A DNA stretch of 64,000 bases from Thecamonas trahens ATCC 50062 (taxonomy: Eukaryota > Protista > Apusomonadida), in contig NW_013657661.1 in NCBI RefSeq assembly GCF_000142905.1, positions 453,692 through 517,691 on the forward strand. The letters are read 5' to 3'. How positions within the stretch are numbered: the stretch's first letter is position 1; each line of letters begins with the position of its first letter. A program made the translations under genes and the position numbers. This document shows positions 1 through 11,674 of the stretch, piece after piece. The notes below the pieces were generated by a model. The model was not told where the DNA came from. It was given only the letters and a program-made list of their open reading frames with translations, and made no database searches.

Positions 1-3000
1 GAGACCGAGCTCGAGCGCGGGGCCGAGGCCGAGGCCGAGGTTCGTACACTCAAGCGCAAGCTCGCACGGGCCGAGGCCGAGGCTGAGCGTGTTGCCGAGC
101 TAGAGGCGGAGCTCGACAATGCCAAGGCGACGGCCGGGCGTGGCAGCGATGCTGACGGCGGCGAGGTGGCCAAGCTCAAGGCTAAGATTGGAGGTCTGGA
201 GCGGAAGCTGGCGCGGGCTCAGGCCGAATCGGCTAGCACCAGGGACAGTCTGGTCGCTGCCGAGGCCAACGTTCGCACGCTGAATCGCAAGCTCGCACGC
301 GCTTTGTCTGACACCGAGGTGGTGGCGACGCTAGAGCGCGAACTTGCTGCAACCCGGCGTGAGCTGTCGCAGGCTAAGGTCGCTGCCAATCACGCAGAAG
401 AGCTTGAGCGCCAGTTGGAGGCCACCCAAAACTTTAGCAGCGGCGAGCAAGATATGGCCGAGATCCAGGCTGAGGTCCATGTAGTTCGCCGAAAGCTTGC
501 TCGCGCCGAGGCCGAGTTGGCGCGAGTCACCAGTGACGAGCAGGAGGCGCGCGCCGAGGCGCGGGCGGGTGCTGTCCGCGCCGCTGAACTCGAGTCGCAA
601 ATTGCATCGTTGGAGAGCTCTCTGGCCCGTGCCGAGGGCGCGCAGCGGGCCGCCGAAGCTCGGTTGCATGACCAGCTGGAACACGAGGCCCACGCTGCCG
701 CCGAGACGCTGCGTGGTGCTGCGTCTACTGACGCCACGGCCTCGTTGGAGGCGCTTACCGCAAAATCAAGCGCGCTCATGGCCGAGCTGCGGTCAGAGCT
801 GGACAGTGCCAGGGCCTCGCTCGCCAAGCGTGAACTCGAGCTCCAGCGACTCCGCGCCGACCTGGACGGCACCCGGCTGCGGCTCGAGACAGAGACCAGC
901 GCCCGAAAGACAGCCGAGGCCGAGGCCGACGCGGCGCGGCGCGATGCCGACGCATGCCGTACCCAGGCGCAAAAGCTCGAGCGGAGTGTGCTCTCGCTTG
1001 AGAATTCTGCTGCACGGCACGATTCCGGCGATGGGCTCCGAATGGCTCATGCAGAGCAGATGCGCGAGGCCCAAGCGGTAACCGAGCGTCTTGAAGCCGA
1101 TCTTGCCCGTGCGAGGACCGAGACTGTATCTGCGCAGCGTGAAGTGTCCAGTCTTTGCGCTGACGCCGACGTGCTGCGGATGCAGCTCGAGGCTGCTGAA
1201 GCATCCGCCGCCACACTCCGGGGCGAGGTGAGCAAGGCCCGCAAGTCGGCACTTGCGGCACAGCAGGCGGCACAGAACTCGGAGCTGCAGCTTGCCGAGG
1301 CGGCGTTTACGTCGGCGATGAGCGGCCGAGCCGTACCTGTTGTTACCGAGCGCTCACAAGATCGTGCCGAGGCTGTCGCAGCCCGTGACGCTGCGCGCCG
1401 CGATGTTTCGCGCGCCGAGGCTGCGCGCGCTGATGCTGAGCTCGAGCGCGATGCAGCGGTGGCCAAGGTTGGCGTGCTCGAGCGGACGCTGGCAAGCCTG
1501 CGGAATCAGCTGAGCGAGGAGCAGGCGGCGCTGGCGCTGGAGCAGTCCAGAAGCGCATCGCTCTCGGCTCGTGCCAGCTCGATGTCAGCAGCTAACGCTA
1601 CACTCCGTACCGAGCTCGCCGAGTCTGCGGCCACACCGCCAGGCGCGTCGCCAGACAAGGTACGGCTACTGGAGGCACAGCTCGCCGAGGCACGTGCGCG
1701 CGCCGACGCCATCGAGTCTGCGGCGCTGCGCAAGTCGATGGCCGCAGCGTCTGCGGCAGACTCGGCCCTGCATCTCGCCGACACGCTCACTCACTCCAAG
1801 GCGCAGCTTCAGGAGCTGGTAGTCTCGCACGAGGGGACAATTGCGTCGCTGAAGGCGGAGCTGGCGCTTGCCCAGACCCGCGGGCCGGCGTTGGTGTCGG
1901 CGTCGGAGCAGGCCAGCCGGACCCGACGTGCTGGTGCCACCACGGAGAGGCGAATCTCCGAGCTTGAGCTTCAGCTTGAGCATGCCAACACCCGCATCGC
2001 GCACCTCACGGCGCACGTTGACCTCCTCGAGGCCGCGGCGGCATCGCCAGTCAAGGCGGCGTCAACCCGTGTCGAGGCCGAGTCGCTAGCGGCAGCACGG
2101 GCGTCTGCTGCGTCGCTGAGGGCCGAGCGGGACGAGCTGGCGGCGTCGCTGGCGGCGTACCAGGCAGGCGCAACGACTGTGACCGAGGCGGCACGGCTGC
2201 GGTCCCAGCTCCAGTCGGAGATTCGCAATCACGCGGCGACCAAGTCAGAGCTCGCCGCATTGCGGGCGACACTGACCTCGCTTGACGTCTCGTTTGCTGC
2301 CGACGAGGCGCGGACGCCGGCGCCTGCCCGGGCCGGAGGCGATCCAGAGCTGGCGGCGGTGACGGCAAACACCCGGCATGAGACTCAAAAGCTCTCGCTC
2401 TTACTGGAGCTCCTCGAGTCAACACGTGTTCAACTCGATGCGGCATGCGCGCGATGCACCGAGCTCGAGGCACTCAACTCGAGCCTCAACGCGTCGCTGC
2501 TGGAAAAGAACAAGAAGATTGGACACCTTGAGGCAGCCTGCGACGCGCTGCGGGAGCGAGTCCGCTCACTCACCGGCTCGCTCGCTTCGGCCGGTGAGAC
2601 GTCGTCGCCGCTCTCGCCAACCAAGCACCGCAAGCTGCGTCATTCCAAGACCCAGACCAAGTCGCGAACGGCCGAGCTGTATCGCGAGTTGAGGGCCGAG
2701 CTTGCGGCATCGTCGGCGGGGTCGAGCGGGCCCGAGGCTCTGCGATCGGCGCCCGAGTCTGCCGACGTCGCTCACCTCCGCGCCGAGCTCACAGCGCTGC
2801 AGTCCAAGGTAGCGTCAACCGAGGCGCATCTTGCCAACACGCAGCGGCAGTATGCGCATGGCATCGAGGTTGTAGTTTCGGAGCTGGCATCGCTCTCGAC
2901 AGCTATGGCCTCGGCGCCGAGTACAGCACAGACATCGTCGCCGGGGCCGGACATATCCGCGCTGGCGGAGCAGATTTCCGCGCTCCAAGCAACCCTCGAG

Positions 3001-3837
3001 GGCGCGCACATTGCGTACCGTCCGTCACGCGGCCGCACCGGCTCAGACGCCGGCTCGGCGGCGTCGGCCGGGACGATGCACCTCTCGGCGCTCGGATGGA
3101 GTGCACCCAGGGAGGTGCAGACGGCGCGGTTTGCAAACACGTCCAACTTGCCGGACGCGTCTGCGCTGCCACTGCATCACGCGGCGTTTGTGGGGGACAG
3201 CACCGCAGCGAGTGGAGCGCTGGCGCATGTCCACGACCGCGACAACCTGGGGCGGACGCCGCTGCACTGGGCGGCACACGCCGGACACGCCGACGTGGCC
3301 AACCTCCTGCTCTCTGTTCCGGACGTCTTTGTCGACGCCCGGGACGCATCTGGTAAGACTGCACTGTACTGGGCGGCGTATCGTGGGCACGAAGGTGTGG
3401 TCGACGCGCTCCTCCATGGCGGGGCGTCGCCGGATTTGGCGTCGAAGAGCGGCGCTAGCCCGCTGCAAAAGGCGGCCCAGGCCGGTCATGGCGCTGTTGT
3501 GCAGCTGCTGCTGCGGCACGGGGCAGATCCAGCGCCGGTTGACCATGCCGGGACGACGCCGCTTCACGCTGCTGTCCGGCGGGGCCATCTCGGTGTTGTG
3601 GAGCAGCTGGTCGACGGCCTGCTGGGGCAAGCCGAGTACACACCGGCCGCCGGGCTCGACGCCCAGGACGCGCGCGGCGAGACAGCACTCCATGCAGCGG
3701 CGCGTGGCGGCAACGTGCTTGCGGCGCAGATCCTTGTCGGTGCCGGGGCGTCGACCCATGTCCGGAGCAGCTCTGGACGGACGGCGGCCGAAGTGGCCGA
3801 CGCGCACGGGCACACGCGGGTAAGCGCCATGCTCTGA
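1..3837 (+). CDS. Long coiled-coil protein with C-terminal ankyrin repeats (5'-partial)
   Basis: Frame 1 is open from base 1 to TGA at 3837. About 950 aa of Ala/Glu/Arg/Leu heptads with a repeated VRTLxRKLARAxxE motif, then about 6 ankyrin repeats (GRTPLHWAA, GKTALYWAA, GTTPLHAA, GETALHAA). Confidence 0.85.
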   Translation, partial: ETELERGAEAEAEVRTLKRKLARAEAEAERVAELEAELDNAKATAGRGSDADGGEVAKLKAKIGGLERKLARAQAESASTRDSLVAAEANVRTLNRKLARALSDTEVVATLERELAATRRELSQAKVAANHAEELERQLEATQNFSSGEQDMAEIQAEVHVVRRKLARAEAELARVTSDEQEARAEARAGAVRAAELESQIASLESSLARAEGAQRAAEARLHDQLEHEAHAAAETLRGAASTDATASLEALTAKSSALMAELRSELDSARASLAKRELELQRLRADLDGTRLRLETETSARKTAEAEADAARRDADACRTQAQKLERSVLSLENSAARHDSGDGLRMAHAEQMREAQAVTERLEADLARARTETVSAQREVSSLCADADVLRMQLEAAEASAATLRGEVSKARKSALAAQQAAQNSELQLAEAAFTSAMSGRAVPVVTERSQDRAEAVAARDAARRDVSRAEAARADAELERDAAVAKVGVLERTLASLRNQLSEEQAALALEQSRSASLSARASSMSAANATLRTELAESAATPPGASPDKVRLLEAQLAEARARADAIESAALRKSMAAASAADSALHLADTLTHSKAQLQELVVSHEGTIASLKAELALAQTRGPALVSASEQASRTRRAGATTERRISELELQLEHANTRIAHLTAHVDLLEAAAASPVKAASTRVEAESLAAARASAASLRAERDELAASLAAYQAGATTVTEAARLRSQLQSEIRNHAATKSELAALRATLTSLDVSFAADEARTPAPARAGGDPELAAVTANTRHETQKLSLLLELLESTRVQLDAACARCTELEALNSSLNASLLEKNKKIGHLEAACDALRERVRSLTGSLASAGETSSPLSPTKHRKLRHSKTQTKSRTAELYRELRAELAASSAGSSGPEALRSAPESADVAHLRAELTALQSKVASTEAHLANTQRQYAHGIEVVVSELASLSTAMASAPSTAQTSSPGPDISALAEQISALQATLEGAHIAYRPSRGRTGSDAGSAASAGTMHLSALGWSAPREVQTARFANTSNLPDASALPLHHAAFVGDSTAASGALAHVHDRDNLGRTPLHWAAHAGHADVANLLLSVPDVFVDARDASGKTALYWAAYRGHEGVVDALLHGGASPDLASKSGASPLQKAAQAGHGAVVQLLLRHGADPAPVDHAGTTPLHAAVRRGHLGVVEQLVDGLLGQAEYTPAAGLDAQDARGETALHAAARGGNVLAAQILVGAGASTHVRSSSGRTAAEVADAHGHTRVSAML

Positions 3838-3884
3838 CGCAGCTGGCAGCTGACGTTGTGTATTGGGCGGGGCGCGGCTATCAA

Positions 3885-6070
3885 TCACGAGCGACCGATG
3901 ATGGTGCGGACTTCATCGGCGTCGAGGGTCTCCTTCTCCAAGAGGGCGTCGGCGAGGAGGTCGAGCTCGTGGCGGTGCGAGAGCAGAAGTGACTTTGCGC
4001 GAGCGTACGACTCAGCGAGGAGGCGGGCGACCTCGTCCTCGATGAGCGAGCGGAGGCGGGGCGAGGAGCCGAGCGCGGTGTCCTCGGCGATAAACGTGGG
4101 CCAAGCTTGGGCGACATGCCGTACTTTGTGACCATCTTGTAGGCAACGTCTGTGGCCTTTTGCAGATCGGAGGAAGCGCCGAGGGTGACGGCATGCTCGC
4201 CGAGGACGAGCTCTTCGGAGACGCGGCCGCCCATGCAGACGTCGAGTGTAGCCTCGAGCTGCTGTAGCGACCAGTTGGGGTCGTCGTTCTCGGGCAGCTG
4301 CGAGGTGACGCCGAGGGCGCCGATGGAGCGGCGCGGGATGATGGAGACTTTGTGGAGCGGGACGGCAGCCGGGGTGAAGAGGGCGACGAGGGCGTGGCCG
4401 CCCTCGTGGTAGGCGACGGTCCGCTTGACATCGTCGGTGTAGCCAAACGACTTTGCCGGCTCGCCCATGATGATCTTCTCCTTGGCGAGTTCGAGGTCGT
4501 TCATACTGACGGCGGGGCGGCCGTCGCGGGCGGCGCGGAGGGCGGCGGTATTGACGACGTTGGCGAGCTCGGCGCCCGACATGCCGGGCGTGCCACGGGC
4601 GAGGCGCGAGACGTCGACCGAGTCGTCGACAGGTACATCGCGGAGGTGGACGCCGAGAATGTCGACGCGGCCAGAGACGTCCGGGAGCGGGACAACGACC
4701 ATGCGGTCGAAGCGGCCCGGCCGCACCAGTGCGGCGTCCAGGCGCTCGGGCGTGTTGGTGGCGGCAATGACGACGACACCGGCAGTCGTCTCAAAGCCGT
4801 CCATCTCGGTGAGGAGCTGGTTGAGGGTCATATGGTAAAGGCGCGAGTCGCGGTCGATGCGCTTGGAGCCGACGGCGTCGATCTCGTCAATAAAGACAAT
4901 GCACGGCGCATTGGCCTTGGCGGCCTCGAACAGGTTGCGGACGCGGCGGGCGCCGACGCCGACATACATCTCGTCAAACTCCGAGCCCGAGGCGTAGTAG
5001 AACGGAACACCAGCCTCGCCGGCGACAGCGCGGGCGAGGAGGGTCTTGCCGGTGCCTGGGGAGCCGACGAGGAGTACGCCCTTGGGTAGCTTGCCACCAA
5101 GGGTCGAGAACTTGTCCGGCGACTTGAGAAAGGCGACGACTTCCTGGAGGTCATCCTTGGCCTCGTCGACGCCCTGGACGTCGGCAAAGGTCACCGTCTC
5201 GCCATCCCATGGCACCACCTCCTCTTTGCCTGCCGACATGGCCTTGGACAGCGAGCCGCCCGACGAGCCCGACGACGGCGCATCCATGATCATGCCGGTG
5301 ACAAGCGAGCCGAGAAAGAGCCAGGCGAGGACTTGCAGGCTGAGCTTGGCGGCCTGGCTTGCCCGCGACGGCGCCTCCGATTGGACGAAGAGCGGAGCCT
5401 GGCGGGTGCCCAGCGCGGCCATGCCGCCCGCTGCTGGCACCGCGCCTGCCATAAAGCCCTGCCCAGCTCCCGCTCCACCCATACTGGAGCTTTGCAGGAG
5501 CGAGGCTGATGAAGGCGAGGCAAAGGCTGACGACGGACCTGTTGGCGGAGCGGGGCTTGCGGCACGGTGAAGAGCGTTGATCTCCTCAAACTTTGCAGCA
5601 TCCAGACGACCAAGGCGAGCGAGCGCGTTGGTGTACGCGGCGAGAGTGGCAGGTGTGCGAGCGACTGAGCCTGCGTTGACCAAGTCGACGAGCTGCTGCG
5701 GAGCGTGCCGGGCGAGGGCATCCATGTATCGCTGGCGGGCCACATCAGACGAGGGATTGTTCTCTGCTTGTCTGCGGAGGCGAGCAAGGCCATCACGGAC
5801 CATTTCCGGACTCAGTCTCCTTCCCGATGACGGATCTCCACCGAGTGTCTGGCCATGACCAGCGCCTCCGTCTCGCCCACCAAATCCCACCGATGCTCTC
5901 ATCGCCGATGCCGTCGCTCCGCTCGTCGACGACAGCCACCTCGCGGCGGCGGCTCCTGCTGCCGCCACAGCCACTTGAGAGCCTTGGCTCTTTGTCCTGC
6001 CGAAGGCCATGGCCATTGCCTGTGCCACTGGTCGCGAGAAGCTTGTAGCCCGTCGCACAAGTCCGAACAT
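3885..6070 (-). CDS. YME1: Mitochondrial ATP-dependent zinc metalloprotease FtsH/YME1 (i-AAA type); one apparent 1-nt deletion near 4092-4100
   Basis: Transit-peptide-like N-terminus, one TM helix, Walker A GSPGTGKT, Walker [20 protein letters not shown] and HEGGH zinc motif. The canonical tail ([19 protein letters not shown]...[16 protein letters not shown]) follows in the shifted frame to TGA at 3885. Confidence 0.92.
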
Positions 6071-6180
6071 GACGGTGGGAGGGGAGGGGAGGGGAGGGGA
6101 GGGGGGGGAGGGGGAGAGGGGTGGCGCGTTCGATGGTTCGTCTTGCTGGCGGTGGCGGTGGCGGTGATGGGGATGATCAA

Positions 6181-6644
6181 TGGTTTGTTGTTGGGGTTAT
6201 TGTTGCGAGTTTATGCATGGTTTGTTGTTGGGGTTATTGTTGACAGTTTATGCATGGTTTGTTGTTGGGGTTATTGTTGACAATTTATGCATGGTTTGTT
6301 GTTGGGGTTATTGTGGACAGTTTATGCATGGTTTGTTGTTGGGGTTATTGTTGACAATTTATGCATGGTTTGTTGTTGGGGTTATTGTGGACAGTTTATG
6401 CATGGTTTGTTGTTGAGGTTATTGTTGACAGTTTATGCATGGTTTGTTGTTGAGGTTATTGTGGACAGTTTATGCATGGTTTGTTGTTGGGGTTATTGTG
6501 GACAGTTTATGCATGGTTTGTTGTTGGGGTTATTGTTGACAGTTTATGCATGGTTTGTTGTTGGGGTTATTGTGGACAGTTTATGCATGGTTTGTTGTTG
6601 AGGTTATTGTGGACAGTTTATGCATGGTTTGTTGTTGGGGTTAT
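6181..6644. repeat. 37-bp tandem minisatellite, 12 full units plus a partial unit (consensus TGGTTTGTTGTTGGGGTTATTGTKGACAGTTTATGCA)
   Basis: Units begin at 6181, 6218, 6255 ... 6588 and 6625. Few variable positions and no spacers. Confidence 0.97.
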
Positions 6645-6713
6645 CGTTCCAGCCATCGCTGCCTCTGCCACCTCCGCCGCCGCCCCACACCCGACTCGAC
6701 ATCGCAGCGGGCC

Positions 6714-8486
6714 ATGGCGGCAGCAGGCGGCAGCAAGGGAGCAGGCAGTCTGCGGTGTATCATACACATCGACATGGACTCGTTCTACGCAGAGGTGGAG
6801 CGAGTCCGTCTCGGCCTCCCGGCCGACCGCCCGCTCGTAGTCCAGCAGTGGGAGTCGCTCATCGCGGTCAACTACCCTGCACGAAGGCACGGCATTGCCC
6901 GATCGCGCGGCAAGGGCATCATCGATCCGGTCGAGGCCAAGGAGGCATGTCCCCATCTCGTGGCTGTCCACGTCCCGCTCTTTACCCTCGAGGGCATGAT
7001 CGACCTGGACATCAACGAGTCCATCACCTCGCAGGCGAGGGCGAGGAGGCCCATGGGCAAGGCCTGTCTTGACCGCTATCGCGAGGCTGGCTACAAGGTC
7101 ATCCAGATTTTCAAGAGGTTCACGCCGGCTGTGGAGCGTGCCTCCATCGACGAGGCCTTTATCGACATCACAGATCTGGTCGAGGCTCGCGCTGCTGCCG
7201 CTGCCGCCGCAAGGGGACCCGAGTGGTGGCGATCAGAGTCATTTGCGGGCTCGGCGGTGGTGACCGGGCCAAAGTCTGCGATCGGCGGCGAAGAGGTGCG
7301 TGTGGCCTCGCTTTCGTCGGCCTTGCTCTGCCTCGGCGCGCGCCTGGCAAGCGAGATGCGTGCTGCAGTCTCCGATGAGCTGGGCTACTCGTGCTCGGCC
7401 GGCGTGGCACAGACCAAGATGCTGGCCAAAATCGCGTCGGCTGCCAACAAGCCCGACGGGCAAGCTGTTGTCCTGCCCGGCAACGTCGCCGGCTTTATGG
7501 CCGACATGCCGCTCAAGGACATTCCAGGGCTCGGCGGTAAGCTCGGCGGAGTGTTGGCCGAGGCACTCGGCGCGACTACCGCCGGCGAGGTGCTCGCCGC
7601 GCCACGGACAGCCCTCGATGCAGCCCTTGCTGGCGCCCGCACTCTCCACGCCTCGCCGCGCTGGGTCATCGCCTCGTGTGATGGCTCGCGGAACGAGTCC
7701 GTTTCGCCGGTCTACAAGCCCAACTCGATGCTGGCCCAGAAGCGATTCAAGGGCCTCGTTGACAAGTCGGTCGTCCGCTCCTGGGTTCGCATCCTCATCC
7801 TCGAAGTTGCCACCCGCATCTCGACCTACCGCCAGTACTACAACGGCGCGCCGACTACTATCACACTCTCGTCCGAGTCGAGCCCGCCGTCGGGCACCAT
7901 CTCGCGCTCGGGCTCCGCCCAGCTACCGTACTTGCCGAAGGATCCCGAGAAGGTCATCGCCGCCGTCTCGGACCGCGTCCTTGCCCAGCTCGACGTCATT
8001 GCGCCGCCGCTTCCAGTCACGCTCCTCACACTCTCGGCCCGCAACTTTGTTGATCTCGTCGACGACGAGAACGCCATCTCAGCCTTCTTTACTGCCGACC
8101 AATCACCGGCGGAAGCTGAAGAAGCACCACTGCCATCCTCAACCGCCACCAAGCCTGAACCAGCTCCTGGCCCCGCGCCCGCATCCGAGCCTGACATTAT
8201 TGCGCTGACGCAAGATGTGGTGTGTGATCGATGTGGCATGCAGATGCTGCCGTCCGCCGCACCCGCGCATCGCGACTTTCACCTCGCAGCCGACCTCCAC
8301 GCCCAGCTCAATCCGCTCTCAGACCCGAGCCACACGCTTGGCTTCCGCGCCGCACCGCGCTCACCTGCCAAGCGATCCGCACCATCATCGTCGTCTGCCT
8401 CGACCGCCTCCACCCGCCCCTCCAAAAAGGCCAAGCCGAGCTCGAGCGCCTCTCTCACCTCTTGGTTCGGGCCTGCACGTACTTGA
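6714..8486 (+). CDS. POLH: Y-family DNA polymerase eta
   Basis: IIHIDMDSFYAEVE, VVQQWESLIAVNYPAR, ERASIDEAFID, SCSAGVA..KMLAKIAS..NKPDGQ. C-terminal UBZ zinc finger (CDRC...HRDFHLA) and PIP-like SLTSWF. Confidence 0.92.
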   Translation: MAAAGGSKGAGSLRCIIHIDMDSFYAEVERVRLGLPADRPLVVQQWESLIAVNYPARRHGIARSRGKGIIDPVEAKEACPHLVAVHVPLFTLEGMIDLDINESITSQARARRPMGKACLDRYREAGYKVIQIFKRFTPAVERASIDEAFIDITDLVEARAAAAAAARGPEWWRSESFAGSAVVTGPKSAIGGEEVRVASLSSALLCLGARLASEMRAAVSDELGYSCSAGVAQTKMLAKIASAANKPDGQAVVLPGNVAGFMADMPLKDIPGLGGKLGGVLAEALGATTAGEVLAAPRTALDAALAGARTLHASPRWVIASCDGSRNESVSPVYKPNSMLAQKRFKGLVDKSVVRSWVRILILEVATRISTYRQYYNGAPTTITLSSESSPPSGTISRSGSAQLPYLPKDPEKVIAAVSDRVLAQLDVIAPPLPVTLLTLSARNFVDLVDDENAISAFFTADQSPAEAEEAPLPSSTATKPEPAPGPAPASEPDIIALTQDVVCDRCGMQMLPSAAPAHRDFHLAADLHAQLNPLSDPSHTLGFRAAPRSPAKRSAPSSSSASTASTRPSKKAKPSSSASLTSWFGPART

Positions 8487-8717
8487 GCGTCGTCTGGCTT
8501 AGCTGGCTGAGTAACTCGATCGAGGCCAAAGCATAACACGGCGTAGTCGCAGATCTGTGTGAGCGGGGCACTGATCAATCCGCAGCTGGTGCGCCGCGTG
8601 CTGCGCGTGGATGACCGAGCGAGCAGCAGCCAATTGGCTGGTTTGACTCGGGCTTTGGCTGTGGCTTTGGCTTTGTGTTCGCTGTCACACACACGTGTCG
8701 CACAGCATTCACGAAGG

Positions 8718-11050
8718 ATGGGACGGAAAGGTGGCGGTCGCAAGGGCGGAGGCGGAGGCGGAGGAGGACGGGGAAAGGCTAGCAGCAGAGCAGACGACAT
8801 GCACTTTGAAGGAGGGCTATCCGGGAAGAAAAGAAGGAACAGTTGAGGAGAAAGCGCGCTGCAAAGAGAGCCAAGGTGGAGGCCGAGAAGGAGGCTGAGC
8901 GGAGGCGGCGTGAGGCGGCGCCGGCCGAACTGGCTGCGCGACCCAGCGGCGAGACGGGCCGATGCGAGTCAGAGTCCGACGCAACGAGCCACGGGTCGAC
9001 GGGCGAAGACGAACCGGCGTCTGGATCGTCGTCGATGGCGGCAGACTCCGAGTCGGCGTCGGGATCGAGCGAGCGCGACAACGAGAGCGAGAGCGAGCGC
9101 GAGTGCGCCGCGGGTGCAGATGGCGCAGGCGCGAGCAGAAAGGCCCGGCGCCGTCCTGGCGTGGGTGCGTTTGGGCTGACCAAGCAGCACTTTCGGCTTC
9201 AGACTGTGTTTGAGAAGGAGCCGCGCGAGATCATCGAAGCGCGAAAGGCCACAGCGCGCGAGCCACTCGTCCGCCCGGCGTGCGAGCCGGGCGAGCGGTT
9301 CTCGACGCTCCGGATGACCGACGCCGAGCTGGACGCCATGGCCGACTCCATTCCCATGCCGAAGCGACCGATATGCCCGCATGGCTCGTCGAAGGATGCC
9401 ATTGTCGCTGCGGAAGAGGCCGCGTACACAGCATGGCTAGAGAGCGTGTATGGGCAGTGGCCGCGCGAGCGGCTCAACTACTTTGAGCACAACCTCGAGG
9501 TGTGGCGCGAGCTCTGGCGGGTCCTTGCCATCTCGGACATTCTCTGCCTGCTGGTCGACGCCCGTGCGCCGCTCTTCCACTTTCCGCCGTCGCTCTACCA
9601 CCACGTCACCGCCGACCTTGGCAAGCCGCTGGTCCTTGTGCTGACCAAAGTCGATCTTGTTGCGCCGCAGACGCTTGCTGCGTGGATCAAGTACTTTGAG
9701 ACCAAGTACCCCAAGCTGGCGGTGGTTCCCGTCTCGTCGTTGCCTAATGCGCCGATCACGACGCCGACCGCGTACCGGACCGATGAGCGTGGCCGGCTGC
9801 TGTACCGCAAGCGGCGTCGCCGCAAGCAGGCGCAGCGCCCACCGCAGGGCCTGGCCAGGCTTGCCCGCGAGATAGCACAGCTGCCTGAGGCCCGCGCGGC
9901 AAGCGGCATCGATTGGGATGAGCTTATCGACACGCTACTGGTCCGCGAAGAGCGCGTGCGAACCCAGATCGAGGCAGCTCACGATGACGCGCGCGCCGCT
10001 GCGGCTGTGGAGGCACGTTCCGCCGCAGGCGACGTTCCAAGCTCTGACGATGGTAGTGACGAGTACGTCATCGGGCGGAAGCGCGGTTCGTTTGTGACGC
10101 TCGGCATGATCGGGCATCCGAACGTGGGTAAGTCGGCGCTCATCAATGCGCTCATGGGCAAGCATGTGGTGTCGGTCAAGCGGACGCCCGGGCACACCAA
10201 GGCGCTGCAGACGCACTTTCTCACGCACAACATCCAGCTGTCAGACTGCCCCGGGCTCATCTTTCCCAAGGTCGACATGTCCAAGCCGTTACAAGTGCTC
10301 TGTGGCCTCTATCCGACGTCCCAGGTTGTGGAGCCGTTCTCGGCCATCCGCTACCTTGCCGAGCGGGTGCCGGTCGAGGTTGTGTACGAACTGCAGCTTC
10401 CTGTCGAGTCGGACGAGGACGATGATGGCGGCGGCCCGCCGCGGCCCGCGCTCAAGAAGCTGAAGAAGGCAATGGCCCAGGATGAGCGGCTTGAGCTTAA
10501 CCGGATGGGAAAAGCGCTGTCCAAGGCACGGGTCCGGTACGTGGCAGAGCACCTGGCCTTGTCGCGGAGCTGGAAAGCTGCGGCTGCGGCGACGGGCGAG
10601 CCGTTTGCCGCTGCCACGGTGGCCTATCTCGAGGATGCGCAGCAGTGGACGGCGTGGAAGATGTGCGAGGCTTACGCCATCAAGCGCGGGTTCTTTACAC
10701 CCAACACCGGGCGGCCAGACGTTTACCGGGCGGCCATCAAGATGATCTACGACGTGCTCGACGGCTACGTCGTCTTCTCCTTCCTCCCGCCCGCAGACTA
10801 CGAGCTCAGCGGACCGGACGAGGTCGACAGACTGCTGTTGGGCTTTCGCCACGGTTATTTGCTCCACGAGCGGATCGAGCCTCATCGGCCTGGTAACGAC
10901 CAGAGTGAGAGCGAGAGTGGGGGCGAGGGCAGCGACGGGAGTGATGACAGGGGCGACGGCGCAGCGAGCGGCTCGTCGTCGTCGTCGTCGTCGTCGTCGT
11001 CAGGCGCTGTCCGCGTCTCCAATCCCTTTGACATTCTTGCGTCGATGTAA
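8718..11050 (+). CDS. GNL1: Circularly permuted GTPase, GNL1/LSG1 family; apparent 1-nt deletion at 8829-8832
   Basis: LNYFEHNLEVWRELWRV, G4 TKVD, G1 GHPNVGKS, TPGHTK, G3 DCPG and GRPDVYRAA. The ATG at 8718 joins the main ORF (SGKKKKEQLRRKR) if one A is added. Confidence 0.88.
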
Positions 11051-11065
11051 GTGCAGTAACATGCC

Positions 11066-11674
11066 TCACTTGCGCTTCTTCTTGGACACAGTAGTCCAAC
11101 CGTCGTCGTCGGTCGCGGCGGCGGCAGCGGCAGCGGCAGCATCGGCAGCAGCATTGGCGTCAGCCGGGGCGACGAGGACAGGCTCGTCATCCTCAGCCTC
11201 GAGCCCAACCAGGGCAGCAGCATCACCATCAGGCGCAGCATCATCATCGCCATCAGCAACCACAGCATCGCTTGGATCGGAAGCAGTCAGCTTTGCCCAG
11301 GCGAGGCCCTTGTCGAGCTCCTCACGATTGCCGGCAATGACCTGAGCGTAGACGTTGACGATGAGGCGAGCGACTGAAGCTGACGAATCGTCTTCCACAA
11401 GCATAGCCACGGATTCCAGGGCAGCATTGATGATGTCTTCGACTTCATCAGCAAAGACCGGCTCACCAGCTCGGGCAGCAAACAAATCAACCAGGTCATC
11501 GGCCAGCCCGTTGGCCACGTCCTCGGCCGAGCCACCGCCCTCTGCCGTCATCGAGTTGGTGATAGCGTACGACATGGCGGGCATCTTGGTGACAAAAGCA
11601 GCCACAAGATGGGTAAAGTCGGTCCACAGCGCAGCTGCCTGTGCCGTCACGTCGGTTGTCGTCTGGTCAGCCAT
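11066..11674 (-). CDS. TSR2: Pre-rRNA processing protein TSR2-like
   Basis: EVEDIINAALE...VEDDSSASVARLIV core, an acidic tail and the DDDGWTTVSKKKRK terminus typical of TSR2. Confidence 0.75.
   Translation of the reverse strand: MADQTTTDVTAQAAALWTDFTHLVAAFVTKMPAMSYAITNSMTAEGGGSAEDVANGLADDLVDLFAARAGEPVFADEVEDIINAALESVAMLVEDDSSASVARLIVNVYAQVIAGNREELDKGLAWAKLTASDPSDAVVADGDDDAAPDGDAAALVGLEAEDDEPVLVAPADANAAADAAAAAAAAATDDDGWTTVSKKKRK

Noticed and set aside
6181-6644. CRISPR array (37-bp repeats)
   Set aside because: The units abut with no unique spacers, there are no cas genes and the context is eukaryotic.
6180-6713. Hydrophobic repeat ORFs (MHGLLLGLL...) and the N-terminal extension of the Pol eta ORF
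   Set aside because: These are by-products of translating the minisatellite. The ATG at 6714 fits the conserved domain start.
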